Part shown: piece by piece, positions 10,439 through 19,929 of the stretch
How the letters are laid out: each line of letters opens with the position of its first letter
Position numbering within the stretch: position 1 is the first letter of the stretch
Virus record (IMG/VR): IMGVR_UViG_3300042878_001497
Span: 32,001 to 96,000 of that record
Reading direction: 5' to 3' (one strand)
Length of the DNA: 64,000 bases
From: a virus
Program-made: the position numbers and the translations under genes
Notes under the pieces: model-generated
What the model was told of the DNA's origin: nothing
The model's database searches: none
The model's input: the letters and a program-made list of their open reading frames with translations, nothing else

Positions 10439-10678
10439 AAACACTAACATTTGTAATTGCAGACCGCCTAGACGAATTAGCTGGAGAGTGGTCTAAACAC
10501 ACCGCACAGTGCGAGGCATTGATGATGGCAGCGAAAGAGGTTGCGACATTTGAACAAGAGGAAAAAGATCGAATGGTTGACTTTGCCTACAAGTATGGAA
10601 ACTTGACCCTTCAACAGATTTCTGATGCTTTTGACAATGAATATAAAAACGAGAATCTTTGACACCAACGAGAAATGA
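10417..10678 (+). repeat. 22-nt direct repeat at gene junctions (10417-10438, 10657-10678)
   Basis: CTTT(A/G)ACACCAACGAGAAATGA, 21/22 identical; each copy contains the next start codon. Confidence 0.85.
10435..10662 (+). CDS. Hypothetical protein
   Basis: 75-aa ORF flanked by the junction repeats. Confidence 0.6.
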   Translation: MKTLTFVIADRLDELAGEWSKHTAQCEALMMAAKEVATFEQEEKDRMVDFAYKYGNLTLQQISDAFDNEYKNENL

Positions 10679-11028
10679 GCAAACTCAAACAAACTAAAAT
10701 TCCAATGACATTAGAAGATAATGTTATGAAGGTTGCTCTTGAACAAAATGTAATTGAAAACGAATTCAATTGGAAATTAGTTCGTGAACGAGACGGACTA
10801 ACCAATCAATCTAAAGAAGTAATGTGGGTTGAGTGGAATGAAGATAGAACATTTAAAGCCCGACACGATAAACCAGCAATTGGTTATTCATTGATTATGT
10901 CTCCATTCAACCAGTTTTTTACTTGGCAAACAACTCCCATTACAGAGGTGTTGGAAAAACGAGAAAATTTTCTTAAATTTAAGACTAAGAACTCAGTATA
11001 CGAATTGTGGAAAAAAGGAAACGATTAA
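10675..11028 (+). CDS. Hypothetical protein
   Basis: 117-aa ORF. Confidence 0.65.
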   Translation: MSKLKQTKIPMTLEDNVMKVALEQNVIENEFNWKLVRERDGLTNQSKEVMWVEWNEDRTFKARHDKPAIGYSLIMSPFNQFFTWQTTPITEVLEKRENFLKFKTKNSVYELWKKGND

Positions 11029-11318
11029 CTCGAGAACAAAAAAAAGACAAAGCAATCATTGATCTAATCAATCAAATGTTTATTATTGCTGGTCATAATG
11101 TTACCTATGATGATATTGTAGGTGTAAAGGATTGGTTTAGAGAATACACAATGACTGTTGAACAGGGTGAAGAATTTAAAAAATGGGGTAAAAAATACCT
11201 TATGAAGGAATTACGCGAATCAGCTAAATCAGCAGAACGTGAAATGTCGTGGTTTAATCTACAATGGGGTTTGACTTACAGTAACTGGGAAGATTATCAT
11301 AAACTAGATAAAAAATGA
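11007..11318 (+). CDS. Hypothetical protein
   Basis: 103-aa ORF, GTG start. Confidence 0.6.
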   Translation: MEKRKRLTREQKKDKAIIDLINQMFIIAGHNVTYDDIVGVKDWFREYTMTVEQGEEFKKWGKKYLMKELRESAKSAEREMSWFNLQWGLTYSNWEDYHKLDKK

Positions 11319-11464
11319 AAATCGAACGCTACCATCAATCCTACGAGTTTTTTATAACTCCTACAATCAAATACACTTACGATAAGATACTATTTGGTTT
11401 TAAATGTGTAGATTTTATTTGGGGACGTAAAGGTTTTTCCGTATCTTGGGGACATAAGAAATAA
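11315..11464 (+). CDS. Small hypothetical protein
   Basis: 49-aa ORF with ATGA overlap, read manually. Confidence 0.5.
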   Translation: MKIERYHQSYEFFITPTIKYTYDKILFGFKCVDFIWGRKGFSVSWGHKK

Positions 11465-11468
11465 TGTT

Positions 11469-11720
11469 ATGACAGAGGAAATTTTTGAAAAATTGGGTTT
11501 TGAACGTGTTGATGTGTCTGCTGAAGAAGCAGGAGATGAACGTGGGTTTTACTACTACTCTATAGATATTGGTGACATCTGTATTATGTCAAATTCAGAT
11601 GACGAAGCAGCTAAGGATGGTTGGGAATGTTCTATCTTTGATTCAATGACTCTTAAAATTAAAGGTTCAGGTGATTTAGAGGATTTGGTTCGTATCATTC
11701 GAAACAATACCAATGGTTAA
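11469..11720 (+). CDS. Hypothetical protein
   Basis: 83-aa acidic ORF. Confidence 0.6.
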   Translation: MTEEIFEKLGFERVDVSAEEAGDERGFYYYSIDIGDICIMSNSDDEAAKDGWECSIFDSMTLKIKGSGDLEDLVRIIRNNTNG

Positions 11721-11883
11721 GAAAAAACAGGTAGCAGAAAAGTGGGTTGTGATTGATTCAGACGATCACATCTACCACTACCCTACTTTCCTAGCTGCAC
11801 TAAAGCACCCAGGCAGTAGAGTAAGCATAATGACAGACGAGTATTATGAAACAGCTTATAGAGAAATTACAGCTAAGACATGA
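11713..11883 (+). CDS. Small hypothetical protein
   Basis: 56-aa ORF filling the gap, overlaps both neighbours. Confidence 0.5.
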   Translation: MVKKKQVAEKWVVIDSDDHIYHYPTFLAALKHPGSRVSIMTDEYYETAYREITAKT

Positions 11884-12164
11884 AAGAACCAGCAAAGCCG
11901 GTATCAGGATTCACGGATACATTTTTATCTAAACTAAAAGAGCAATCTTTCACCATAGTCCTTATGATAGGTATTATTTGGTATCAAGGTAAACTGATGG
12001 AAGAAAGAGTTAATTATTGGCAAAAGCTATATGAGGACCAGAAAGCTTATATAGAGCAAACAGCAAAAGATAATAAACAACTTATGTTAGACCGGATTGA
12101 ATATCTTCAACAGCAAAACGACAAGTATGCTGAAGATGCAATTAACGAATTAAAAACAAAATAA
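11880..12164 (+). CDS. Membrane protein with coiled coil
   Basis: One TM segment followed by heptad pattern. Confidence 0.6.
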   Translation: MKEPAKPVSGFTDTFLSKLKEQSFTIVLMIGIIWYQGKLMEERVNYWQKLYEDQKAYIEQTAKDNKQLMLDRIEYLQQQNDKYAEDAINELKTK

Positions 12165-12241
12165 ATTATGGAATGGTTAAAAGCAGGATTTCTTATTTTA
12201 TTTGCATTATTCTTTTTAGCAAATATTTTTCATCACTTTAG

Positions 12242-12508
12242 TTGGGACTTAGGATAATGGACGAAAATAAATGGCATTACGTAATCATGTACCTAACATT
12301 CTTTAGCTTAGGTATGATAACAACTGCAATAGCAATCACACAAGGATTCTTCCAAGAGTTTATTTTTGTACTGCTTGCAGGAGTACTCTTCTTAGTATTC
12401 TCTCTAGCCTACCACTACGTTAGAGGAATTGACTACATGGAGGAATTCCATCCAGACTACAAAGGAGAGGATATGTACGATGAAGGAGAAACTAAATCCA
12501 AACTTTAA
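12242..12508 (+). CDS. Two-TM membrane protein
   Basis: Two hydrophobic helices; true start may be the internal ATG. Confidence 0.55.
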   Translation: MGLRIMDENKWHYVIMYLTFFSLGMITTAIAITQGFFQEFIFVLLAGVLFLVFSLAYHYVRGIDYMEEFHPDYKGEDMYDEGETKSKL

Positions 12509-12725
12509 GTTCAGATCCGGCAAATACGCCGGCTGGACCATTAGGGATGTATTTGATACAGCACCCGGGTACCTAAACTGGATATACCAAAACAAACCCG
12601 AAATGCTTAAAGGTGCAGAAATTAAATCAGCACCCAAGCCTGAACCCAAAGTTGCAGATTCGGAAAAAGGTAATTATCTTTACAACAAGAACATTAGACC
12701 GGCCACCTACGACGAAGCATTTTAA
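12480..12725 (+). CDS. Hypothetical protein, DUF3820/ExoX C-terminal-like
   Basis: F-x-x-GKYAG...PGYLNW motif. Confidence 0.55.
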   Translation: MKEKLNPNFKFRSGKYAGWTIRDVFDTAPGYLNWIYQNKPEMLKGAEIKSAPKPEPKVADSEKGNYLYNKNIRPATYDEAF

Positions 12726-12979
12726 GAATGGTTGAAGTTATTAAACATACCCTAGGCTTTTGCGGTGAGCACTGGCACCTAAATCTATTTAATATTATAG
12801 CAACGGGTGTTGGCTCCTTGCCGGTTATTTCGTATATTAAGTATAACTTAAAAAGGATATGGAAGCACTAGTTTATTTACTCCAAGGCATGGCTGCTACT
12901 GCTGGCGGACTTCTCGTATTTTACGTAGTGAAGTTTCTAGTTGAGGTAGCTCAAGGTAAGCACAGAAGTTAAGATTTAT

Positions 12980-13012
12980 AGGGTTTGCCTATACCCTTAT
13001 AATACCTGGCAG
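12980..13012 (+). promoter_or_regulatory. H-type pseudoknot candidate in queC leader
   Basis: P1 AGGGT/ACCCT; loop TTGCC pairs with downstream GGCAG; ends 18 nt before queC ATG. Confidence 0.5.
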
Positions 13013-13030
13013 TTATAAATTATATTTAAA

Positions 13031-13906
13031 ATGGCAAAACACGTTGTAGTTTCGTTATCTGGAGGAATGGATTCCTCAACACTCTTGCTTAGAGCATTGA
13101 GTGAATTTGATACTGTAACAGCAGTATCGTTTGACTACGGTCAAAAACACCGAGTAGAGCTTGAACGAGCTCAAGACCTGGTTAACTATTTGAATCTTAG
13201 AGCTGATGAGACTAAGTATAAAAGCGATGTAGCTGAAGTTATTATGCATCACTTTCCTAAAGTTAACTACCAGTTAATTAAACTTGACGGCTTGAGTCAA
13301 CTACTAAACTCGGCTCTAGTAACTGGAGGTGATGAAGTACCGGAAGGTCACTATGCTGCCGAGAACATGAAAGCTACCGTAGTACCTAACCGAAATAAAA
13401 TCTTCAGTTCAATCACCCAGGCAATCGCTTTATCTATCGCAAATGAAACAAAAGAAGAATGCTCCATCGCTCTCGGTATCCATGCCGGAGACCATGACAT
13501 CTACCCAGACTGCCGACAGGAGTTCCGCGACGCCGACGATCATGCGTTTCGTATGGGTAACTGGGATAACGATCGGGTATCTTATTGGACTCCTTACCTG
13601 GAAGGTAATAAGTTTACTATCTTAGAAGATGGAGAGAAGTTATGTGAGGAACTAGGACTTGAATTTGATGAAGTCTATAAGCGCACTAATACCTCTTATA
13701 AACCCATTAAGTGGTACAGTCGCAAAGAAACCAATGCATACGAATGGTACTCAGACTACAAATCAGCTTCTTCAGTAGAACGAGTTGAAGCATTTATCAA
13801 GCTAGGGCGTCCTGATCCTGCACCTTATGCTGACGAGACTGGCCCTGTGACCTGGGAGCACGTTGTGACCGAAGTATCTAAAGTACTTGAATCGCATACA
13901 AAGTAA
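13031..13906 (+). CDS. queC: 7-cyano-7-deazaguanine synthase
   Basis: SGGMDS PP-loop, FDYGQKH, VPNRN, YPDCR. Confidence 0.95.
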   Translation: MAKHVVVSLSGGMDSSTLLLRALSEFDTVTAVSFDYGQKHRVELERAQDLVNYLNLRADETKYKSDVAEVIMHHFPKVNYQLIKLDGLSQLLNSALVTGGDEVPEGHYAAENMKATVVPNRNKIFSSITQAIALSIANETKEECSIALGIHAGDHDIYPDCRQEFRDADDHAFRMGNWDNDRVSYWTPYLEGNKFTILEDGEKLCEELGLEFDEVYKRTNTSYKPIKWYSRKETNAYEWYSDYKSASSVERVEAFIKLGRPDPAPYADETGPVTWEHVVTEVSKVLESHTK

Positions 13907-13930
13907 AAGGTAGTAATATCTAAGAAGGAG

Positions 13931-13950
13931 GAGGGCATTTGCCCTCTTTC
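13931..13950 (+). terminator. Intrinsic terminator after queC
   Basis: GAGGGC-ATTT-GCCCTC-TTT. Confidence 0.7.
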
Positions 13951-13967
13951 CTATTTATATATAAGTT

Positions 13968-14243
13968 ATGGCAGATAAACTACTAAAGTTACTACAGCAG
14001 CAGGAAGCTCGCCTAGGAGGTTCTCCTAAGCCACGCTACCTAGAAGCTATGGTAGCAACCCGTGGTACGGTAGCAGATGTTGTATTCATGCGACAGCTCG
14101 AACCAGTATCTAGTGTCTTCCAAACTTATAATGTCGCTGTTAACGGAACTAATCTTATACCAAGAACCGTTTACAGCGGTACTCCAGAACGCTACCTGTT
14201 TATAGATTATCTAGAAGAAGATTATTTAGATCCGCAATTTTAA
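13968..14243 (+). CDS. Hypothetical protein, likely virion module
   Basis: Follows TATTTATA motif; leads the fibre operon. Confidence 0.6.
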   Translation: MADKLLKLLQQQEARLGGSPKPRYLEAMVATRGTVADVVFMRQLEPVSSVFQTYNVAVNGTNLIPRTVYSGTPERYLFIDYLEEDYLDPQF

Positions 14244-14254
14244 CTAAGTAAAGA

Positions 14255-17200
14255 ATGGCTATCATATTAAGGCAAAATACTGCTACAAATACCGGTAAAG
14301 GAAGTAGGCTTACCTTTACTGAAATGGATAGCAATCTAGAATCTTTCTATATTTCTAGTTCTTTTGCGAATAACACGCTCATACTTTACACCACCGGTAG
14401 CGTTAGTCATTCCGTAGACTTAAGCTCTTTCGGAGGAAATGTAGATTCAGGCTCATTTATGGCATCGGCATCCGCTGCCGGAGGTGTAATTACTTTTGAA
14501 AAAGTAGATGGAAGTACATTCGATGTTACTGTTACTAATGTAGCATCTGCTTCTAAAGTCAATATTACAAATACTAGTAGCAGCCAGGGTTACTACTTAG
14601 TTTTTGCAGAAGCTACTTCAGGTCACCAAGATCTTAGAGCAGATTCCTCTATTGTATATAATCCGGATTCAAACACTCTGCAGACAGCAAACCTAATACT
14701 TACAGGAGACCTTACAGTACAGGGAACTAGAACAGAGCTTCAGGTTACTGAACTTAATGTAGAGGATAAGCTCATCACAGTCGCCTCAGGATCTACTACC
14801 TCAGCTCAAGCAGACGGAGCCGGTATTCAAATCGCCGGCGCAAATCAATCTGTTACTTGGGATCATACTAATTCACGTTTAAAAACTTCCACTGATTTAG
14901 GAGTTACAGGTACCCTGAACGTCTCTACAGTAGCAACAGATAACGCACTTACAGACTTTGTTGTACTTGCCGGAGACGGAACTTTAAAGAAAAGAACTTC
15001 TATAGTAGGAGCTCAGGGCGTACAGGGTACAACAGGTACTCAAGGTATTCAAGGAATAACCGGCACCCAGGGAACCCAGGGTACTCAAGGTACTCAGGGC
15101 ACCGATGGCTTACAGGGCATTCAAGGTATAACAGGTACCCAGGGTACTCAAGGTATAACAGGTACCCAGGGTACTCAAGGTACCCAGGGAACTCAAGGTA
15201 TCCAAGGAATTCAAGGAATAACCGGCACCCAGGGGGTACAAGGTACAACAGGTACTCAGGGCACTGACGGCTTACAAGGTATCCAAGGTATAACAGGCAC
15301 CCAGGGGGTACAAGGTATTACAGGCATCCAGGGAACTCAAGGAACTCAAGGCACCCAAGGAACTCAAGGAGCCCAGGGTATAACAGGTACTCAAGGCATT
15401 CAAGGTGTTACCGGAGTACAGGGTACAGACGGACTACAGGGTACTCAAGGTATTCAAGGTATTACAGGCACACAGGGTACTCAAGGTATACAAGGTACTT
15501 ACGGCGTACAGGGCGTTCAAGGTGTACAAGGTACCGACGGTTCTTTTGGTGGAGCTACCTTTGACTACACTTTCGACTCCACTACTACTTCAGGAGATCC
15601 AGGGCAAGGAAAAATTAGACTAAGTAATTCTAACGAAAATACATCTACGCAGATGTATATTGATGATTTGGATGATTTTGGAAATGATATTTCCTCATTC
15701 ATGCAAACCATTGACAGCGTAACCTCTACAGTTAAAGGTTATGCTAGAATAGCTAATCGTACCGACGCTACTCAATATCTATTATTTCAGATTTCAAACC
15801 TGACAGACAATACAGGTTGGTGGACTATAGACATTACAAACCAGGCTTCTTCAGCTACCTCTCCATTCACCAATCTGGAAGATATAACAATATCATTTAT
15901 AACTACCGGAGATAAAGGTGACACAGGTCCTCAAGGTGTTCAGGGAACTACCGGCACCCAGGGCACCAACGGTACTCAAGGTATTCAAGGTATTACTGGA
16001 GCTCAAGGTATTCAAGGCACGACAGGTACTCAAGGTACTGATGGAACTCAAGGTATACAGGGTATTACTGGTACAGGCTTACAAGGTATTCAAGGTACTC
16101 AAGGTACTAACGGTACTCAAGGCATACAAGGTATTACCGGAGCAGGTACTCAAGGTATTCAGGGTACAACAGGTACTCAGGGTAACAACGGTACTCAAGG
16201 TATCCAGGGTATTACCGGAGCCGGAACCCAAGGCATCCAAGGAATAACCGGAGCACAAGGTACCGATGGTACCCAAGGTATTCAAGGTATTACCGGAGCT
16301 GGAACTCAAGGAACACAAGGTACTACCGGAACTGCTACACAAGGCATCCAAGGTACTCAGGGAACGACAGGTTCAGCAACCCAGGGTATTCAAGGTATTG
16401 ATGGTAACCAAGGCATTCAAGGTACTACAGGAACTGCTACACAAGGTATTCAAGGAACACAAGGTACCACTGGAACTGCTACACAAGGTATTCAAGGTAC
16501 TACTGGAACTGCTACACAAGGTATTCAAGGAACACAAGGTACCACTGGAACTGCTACACAAGGTATTCAAGGTACTACTGGAACTGCTACACAGGGCATA
16601 CAGGGAACACAAGGTACCACTGGAACTGCTACACAAGGTATTCAAGGAACACAAGGTACCACTGGAACTGCTACTCAAGGCATCCAGGGCATTATTGGAA
16701 GCCAGGGTATACAAGGTACTACTGGTTCCGCTACTCAAGGCATTCAAGGAACACAAGGTACCACTGGAACTGCAACTCAAGGTACACAAGGTACCCAGGG
16801 CACAACAGGAACTGCAACTCAAGGAATACAAGGTACTACTGGTTCCGCTACTCAAGGTATTCAGGGAACACAAGGCACTACCGGAACTGCCACACAAGGT
16901 ATACAAGGCATTCAAGGTACTATCGGAACTGCTACTCAAGGCATTCAAGGAACACAGGGCACTACCGGAACTGCTACACAGGGCATACAGGGAATAACAG
17001 GCACTCAAGGAACCGACGGTACTCAAGGAATCCAGGGTATTACCGGAGGTCAGGGTACACAAGGTACCACTGGAACTGCAACTCAAGGTATTCAAGGTAT
17101 AACAGGTATTCAAGGTACTCAAGGAATTCAAGGTCCTTCAAACCCAAATGCTATAAGCGTAGATATAGCTAATGCTACAGGGGATGTTGAGTATAGAAGT

Positions 17201-18688
17201 CTATTAATTGATGCCTCGGGAAATACAGGTGAAACATTATATGCTACCAGCTCTTTTATTTATAATCCAACCTTAAATAGATTATCTATTGGGGATGATC
17301 CTAATAGACAAATTTACCTTTGGGGAGGTTCTCCCATTGTAACGGGCAGTACTGCCCTAGGTTTCTTTACTTTAGGAGACAATTCAGGCAATTATAATAC
17401 AGCTGTAGGATATTTTTCTCAAAGAACAAACTACGGTAGAGAAAATACTACTTTAGGCGCTTTTACTTTAGAGCTCCCAGCCGCTGGTGAAAGTGTAGAA
17501 AGTATTAAAAATACTGTAGTAGGATATGGTGCTTTGCGAAATACTGGGGATAGTACAAATACTCTAGCTGTAGCTATAGGATATAATGCATTAGGAACTG
17601 GGGGATCTAATAAAGATATTGCTATTGGTAACAGTGCTTTAATTGCAGGAAATACTGTCCCAGCAGGTACTGGTAAAAATATAGCCATTGGAGATAATGC
17701 AATGGCTGGAGGAATTGCAAGTGATGGTGGTAATAATATTGCTATAGGAACTAGCACTCTCAGTACTCTTTTAGGCAACGTATCTAATAATATAGCTATA
17801 GGTAATTTAGCCGGTAGTAGTGTATCTAGTGGAGCCGATAATGTTTTCTTAGGTGCGGATGCAGGCAGAACTGTATCTACTGGAACTCATAATACTTTTT
17901 TAGGTACTGAAGCGGGGGAACTTGTGACTACAGGTATTACGAATACTTTTGTAGGTAGGAGCGCCGGAGTTTCTTTTACAACAGGTAATAATAATGTTGT
18001 AATTGGTGGGTTTGGTGGAGCTGCTACAGGATATGTTTCACAAAATTCAAATATTTTTATATCAGATGGAGCTGGTCAAGTAAGAATTTTTGCTACAGGT
18101 TCTACAGGTAATATTGGTATTGATACATTTACTCCAGCTTTTAAGGTAGATGTAAACGGTACTTTAGGAGCTGAATTATCTAGTACTTCTGATAATTCTA
18201 ATATAGTATCTTGGAATAGTGCTACAGATGAAGTACAGTACATTCCCAAAATAAGCGTAGATACTAACGCATATAATCCTAGTGGGAGCGGTGGAGTTAG
18301 TGATAAGACTTATCTGGTATTAAATGACGGATACAGTATTGATAACGAGATAGAGTACGGATATTTCGCCCGCTCGTCACTGGTTAACTCTCCTCCTACA
18401 ACCTATACAGTTCTCACTGTCCCTCAAACCACATACCACTCAGTAGTAATAGACTACACAACCTCAGATTCATCTTATGCGTTTACTAGATCGCAAAGGT
18501 TTATTTGTCATTGGGATAACGGTAGTGGTATTTTCTATACTAATTCTGGAGCTCCAGATTTGGGATCTATAAATGCCTCTCATATACTAACTGGTGTTAT
18601 CTCTGCCGGTAATATTCAAATAAGGTTAACTAATTACCTTTCAGGTGGTAGAATTATAGGAGATTATAAGCTCTTTAAGAAAATATAA
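14255..18688 (+). CDS. Collagen-like tail fibre / adhesin protein
   Basis: Two long G-X-Q triplet blocks; YadA-head-like NxAIG repeats; N-terminus resembles that of ORF 46637. Confidence 0.85.
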   Translation: MAIILRQNTATNTGKGSRLTFTEMDSNLESFYISSSFANNTLILYTTGSVSHSVDLSSFGGNVDSGSFMASASAAGGVITFEKVDGSTFDVTVTNVASASKVNITNTSSSQGYYLVFAEATSGHQDLRADSSIVYNPDSNTLQTANLILTGDLTVQGTRTELQVTELNVEDKLITVASGSTTSAQADGAGIQIAGANQSVTWDHTNSRLKTSTDLGVTGTLNVSTVATDNALTDFVVLAGDGTLKKRTSIVGAQGVQGTTGTQGIQGITGTQGTQGTQGTQGTDGLQGIQGITGTQGTQGITGTQGTQGTQGTQGIQGIQGITGTQGVQGTTGTQGTDGLQGIQGITGTQGVQGITGIQGTQGTQGTQGTQGAQGITGTQGIQGVTGVQGTDGLQGTQGIQGITGTQGTQGIQGTYGVQGVQGVQGTDGSFGGATFDYTFDSTTTSGDPGQGKIRLSNSNENTSTQMYIDDLDDFGNDISSFMQTIDSVTSTVKGYARIANRTDATQYLLFQISNLTDNTGWWTIDITNQASSATSPFTNLEDITISFITTGDKGDTGPQGVQGTTGTQGTNGTQGIQGITGAQGIQGTTGTQGTDGTQGIQGITGTGLQGIQGTQGTNGTQGIQGITGAGTQGIQGTTGTQGNNGTQGIQGITGAGTQGIQGITGAQGTDGTQGIQGITGAGTQGTQGTTGTATQGIQGTQGTTGSATQGIQGIDGNQGIQGTTGTATQGIQGTQGTTGTATQGIQGTTGTATQGIQGTQGTTGTATQGIQGTTGTATQGIQGTQGTTGTATQGIQGTQGTTGTATQGIQGIIGSQGIQGTTGSATQGIQGTQGTTGTATQGTQGTQGTTGTATQGIQGTTGSATQGIQGTQGTTGTATQGIQGIQGTIGTATQGIQGTQGTTGTATQGIQGITGTQGTDGTQGIQGITGGQGTQGTTGTATQGIQGITGIQGTQGIQGPSNPNAISVDIANATGDVEYRSLLIDASGNTGETLYATSSFIYNPTLNRLSIGDDPNRQIYLWGGSPIVTGSTALGFFTLGDNSGNYNTAVGYFSQRTNYGRENTTLGAFTLELPAAGESVESIKNTVVGYGALRNTGDSTNTLAVAIGYNALGTGGSNKDIAIGNSALIAGNTVPAGTGKNIAIGDNAMAGGIASDGGNNIAIGTSTLSTLLGNVSNNIAIGNLAGSSVSSGADNVFLGADAGRTVSTGTHNTFLGTEAGELVTTGITNTFVGRSAGVSFTTGNNNVVIGGFGGAATGYVSQNSNIFISDGAGQVRIFATGSTGNIGIDTFTPAFKVDVNGTLGAELSSTSDNSNIVSWNSATDEVQYIPKISVDTNAYNPSGSGGVSDKTYLVLNDGYSIDNEIEYGYFARSSLVNSPPTTYTVLTVPQTTYHSVVIDYTTSDSSYAFTRSQRFICHWDNGSGIFYTNSGAPDLGSINASHILTGVISAGNIQIRLTNYLSGGRIIGDYKLFKKI
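15007..17135 (+). repeat. Coding 9-nt (Gly-X-Gln) tandem repeats in two blocks (~15007-15540, ~15910-17135)
   Basis: GGTACTCAA/GGTATTCAA-type units; GTQ/GIQ/GTT/ATQ peptides. Confidence 0.9.
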
Positions 18689-18699
18689 TATAAAACAAC

Positions 18700-19386
18700 A
18701 TGGGTAAATTTCAAGCAACAGAAGGTATAACATCTATAGGAGCTGCTGAGTTTTCTTCTAGCCTGGCAACTACTACAACCGGAACTAGTATCTTTAATAA
18801 CGATACTTTTCTAAGAGATAATACATACTTCTCAGGTTCTACTTTTATAGGTCCGGCTGCTGCTTCTTATATGTCTAGTACAGACTGGGATAACCTAGCA
18901 GGGACAGTACTAGGAACTACAACAGGAGGTAGAATAGGGTTTATGTACCCTTTTAACATATTTTCAGGTGGCAGACGAATTTATTTAGGAGCAGGAAACC
19001 AAGTTATAGGAAGTACTTCAGGATTAGGTTGGGATAGGTTAAACGGAGGATTGTGGGAGTTTTATATCAATAGCGTGAGCACCACAATAGACTTAGATAC
19101 TACAACCTTAGCTACAGCAGGTATGAACTTTGCTAGCTTTACATTCATTACTACCCAGCAAAATCCAGTAGGTCTTAGAGCTAGAGCGGTTTGGGCAAGT
19201 GGTGCTGCATGGACTACTCGTTGGACCGGGACAGTTTCTACTGCTAACTATGCCTACGAGAACACTGTAACTATGACATCTAACGTATATGCTTCGGATA
19301 AATACCCAGACTACACAGGAATTACTCACGTAATTGTAGACTCCTCAGATAGAAGAATTACACTACACTCAACTAACTGGTCTTAA
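18700..19386 (+). CDS. Putative virion/fibre-associated protein
   Basis: Ser/Thr/Gly-rich, directly after the fibre gene. Confidence 0.6.
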   Translation: MGKFQATEGITSIGAAEFSSSLATTTTGTSIFNNDTFLRDNTYFSGSTFIGPAAASYMSSTDWDNLAGTVLGTTTGGRIGFMYPFNIFSGGRRIYLGAGNQVIGSTSGLGWDRLNGGLWEFYINSVSTTIDLDTTTLATAGMNFASFTFITTQQNPVGLRARAVWASGAAWTTRWTGTVSTANYAYENTVTMTSNVYASDKYPDYTGITHVIVDSSDRRITLHSTNWS

Positions 19387-19397
19387 ATAATCAAGCT

Positions 19398-19586
19398 ATG
19401 TCAACTAATACGATATACCAACTAAGTTTAAAAGATTGGCCAATAGGATCAGATGGTCAAATCAATAAAAATCACACAGATATAGTCACCTTTTCTTCTA
19501 TAGAAGAAGCTAATGCTTTTATTGAAGCTAGCGGTTCAGAAGGAACATATAATATACAGGCCTTTATAGTAAAAACAGCCGAATAG
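19398..19586 (+). CDS. Small hypothetical protein
   Basis: 62-aa ORF closing the fibre module. Confidence 0.55.
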   Translation: MSTNTIYQLSLKDWPIGSDGQINKNHTDIVTFSSIEEANAFIEASGSEGTYNIQAFIVKTAE

Positions 19587-19619
19587 TTGTAGATTCAACT
19601 ATTTATTCTTATATTGTAT

Positions 19620-19650
19620 AGGTGTCGTAGCACCACCTTAAAAAAACACT
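19620..19650 (+). promoter_or_regulatory. preQ1 class I riboswitch-like aptamer (copy 1)
   Basis: AGGTG-TCGTAGCAC-CACCT-TAAAAAAA-CACT, between promoter and ATG of the ORF-queD-queE operon. Confidence 0.7.
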
Positions 19651-19653
19651 AAT

Positions 19654-19929
19654 ATGGCAAAAAAGCAGTTATTGACTGAACCGGTCCTTCCTAAGGACAG
19701 TATTATCAATCCCGAACTCTACCACAAGGTAAAAGGGACCAATTCTAAGATTGATACCAAGTTTAAGCACTTGGAGAAGATGCCTGATCAAAAATGGCAT
19801 CAAATTATTTCTTTTATTAAATCTGGCGTTCGAATTGTAGGCTACGGAATCATTCCTTTTGATTTGGTAGCAGCTGCAATCGTTCTTATATTTAGTGAAG
19901 TAATCGGTATTATTGAAGAATTAGTATGA
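19654..19929 (+). CDS. Small membrane protein heading the queD-queE operon
   Basis: C-terminal hydrophobic hairpin; ATGA overlap with queD. Confidence 0.65.
   Translation: MAKKQLLTEPVLPKDSIINPELYHKVKGTNSKIDTKFKHLEKMPDQKWHQIISFIKSGVRIVGYGIIPFDLVAAAIVLIFSEVIGIIEELV

Noticed and set aside
15007-17135. Long repeat region as CRISPR array, or the alternative-frame ORFs within it
   Set aside because: Repeats are 9-nt in-frame codon triplets with no unique spacers; the overlapping ORFs are shadows of the collagen repeat
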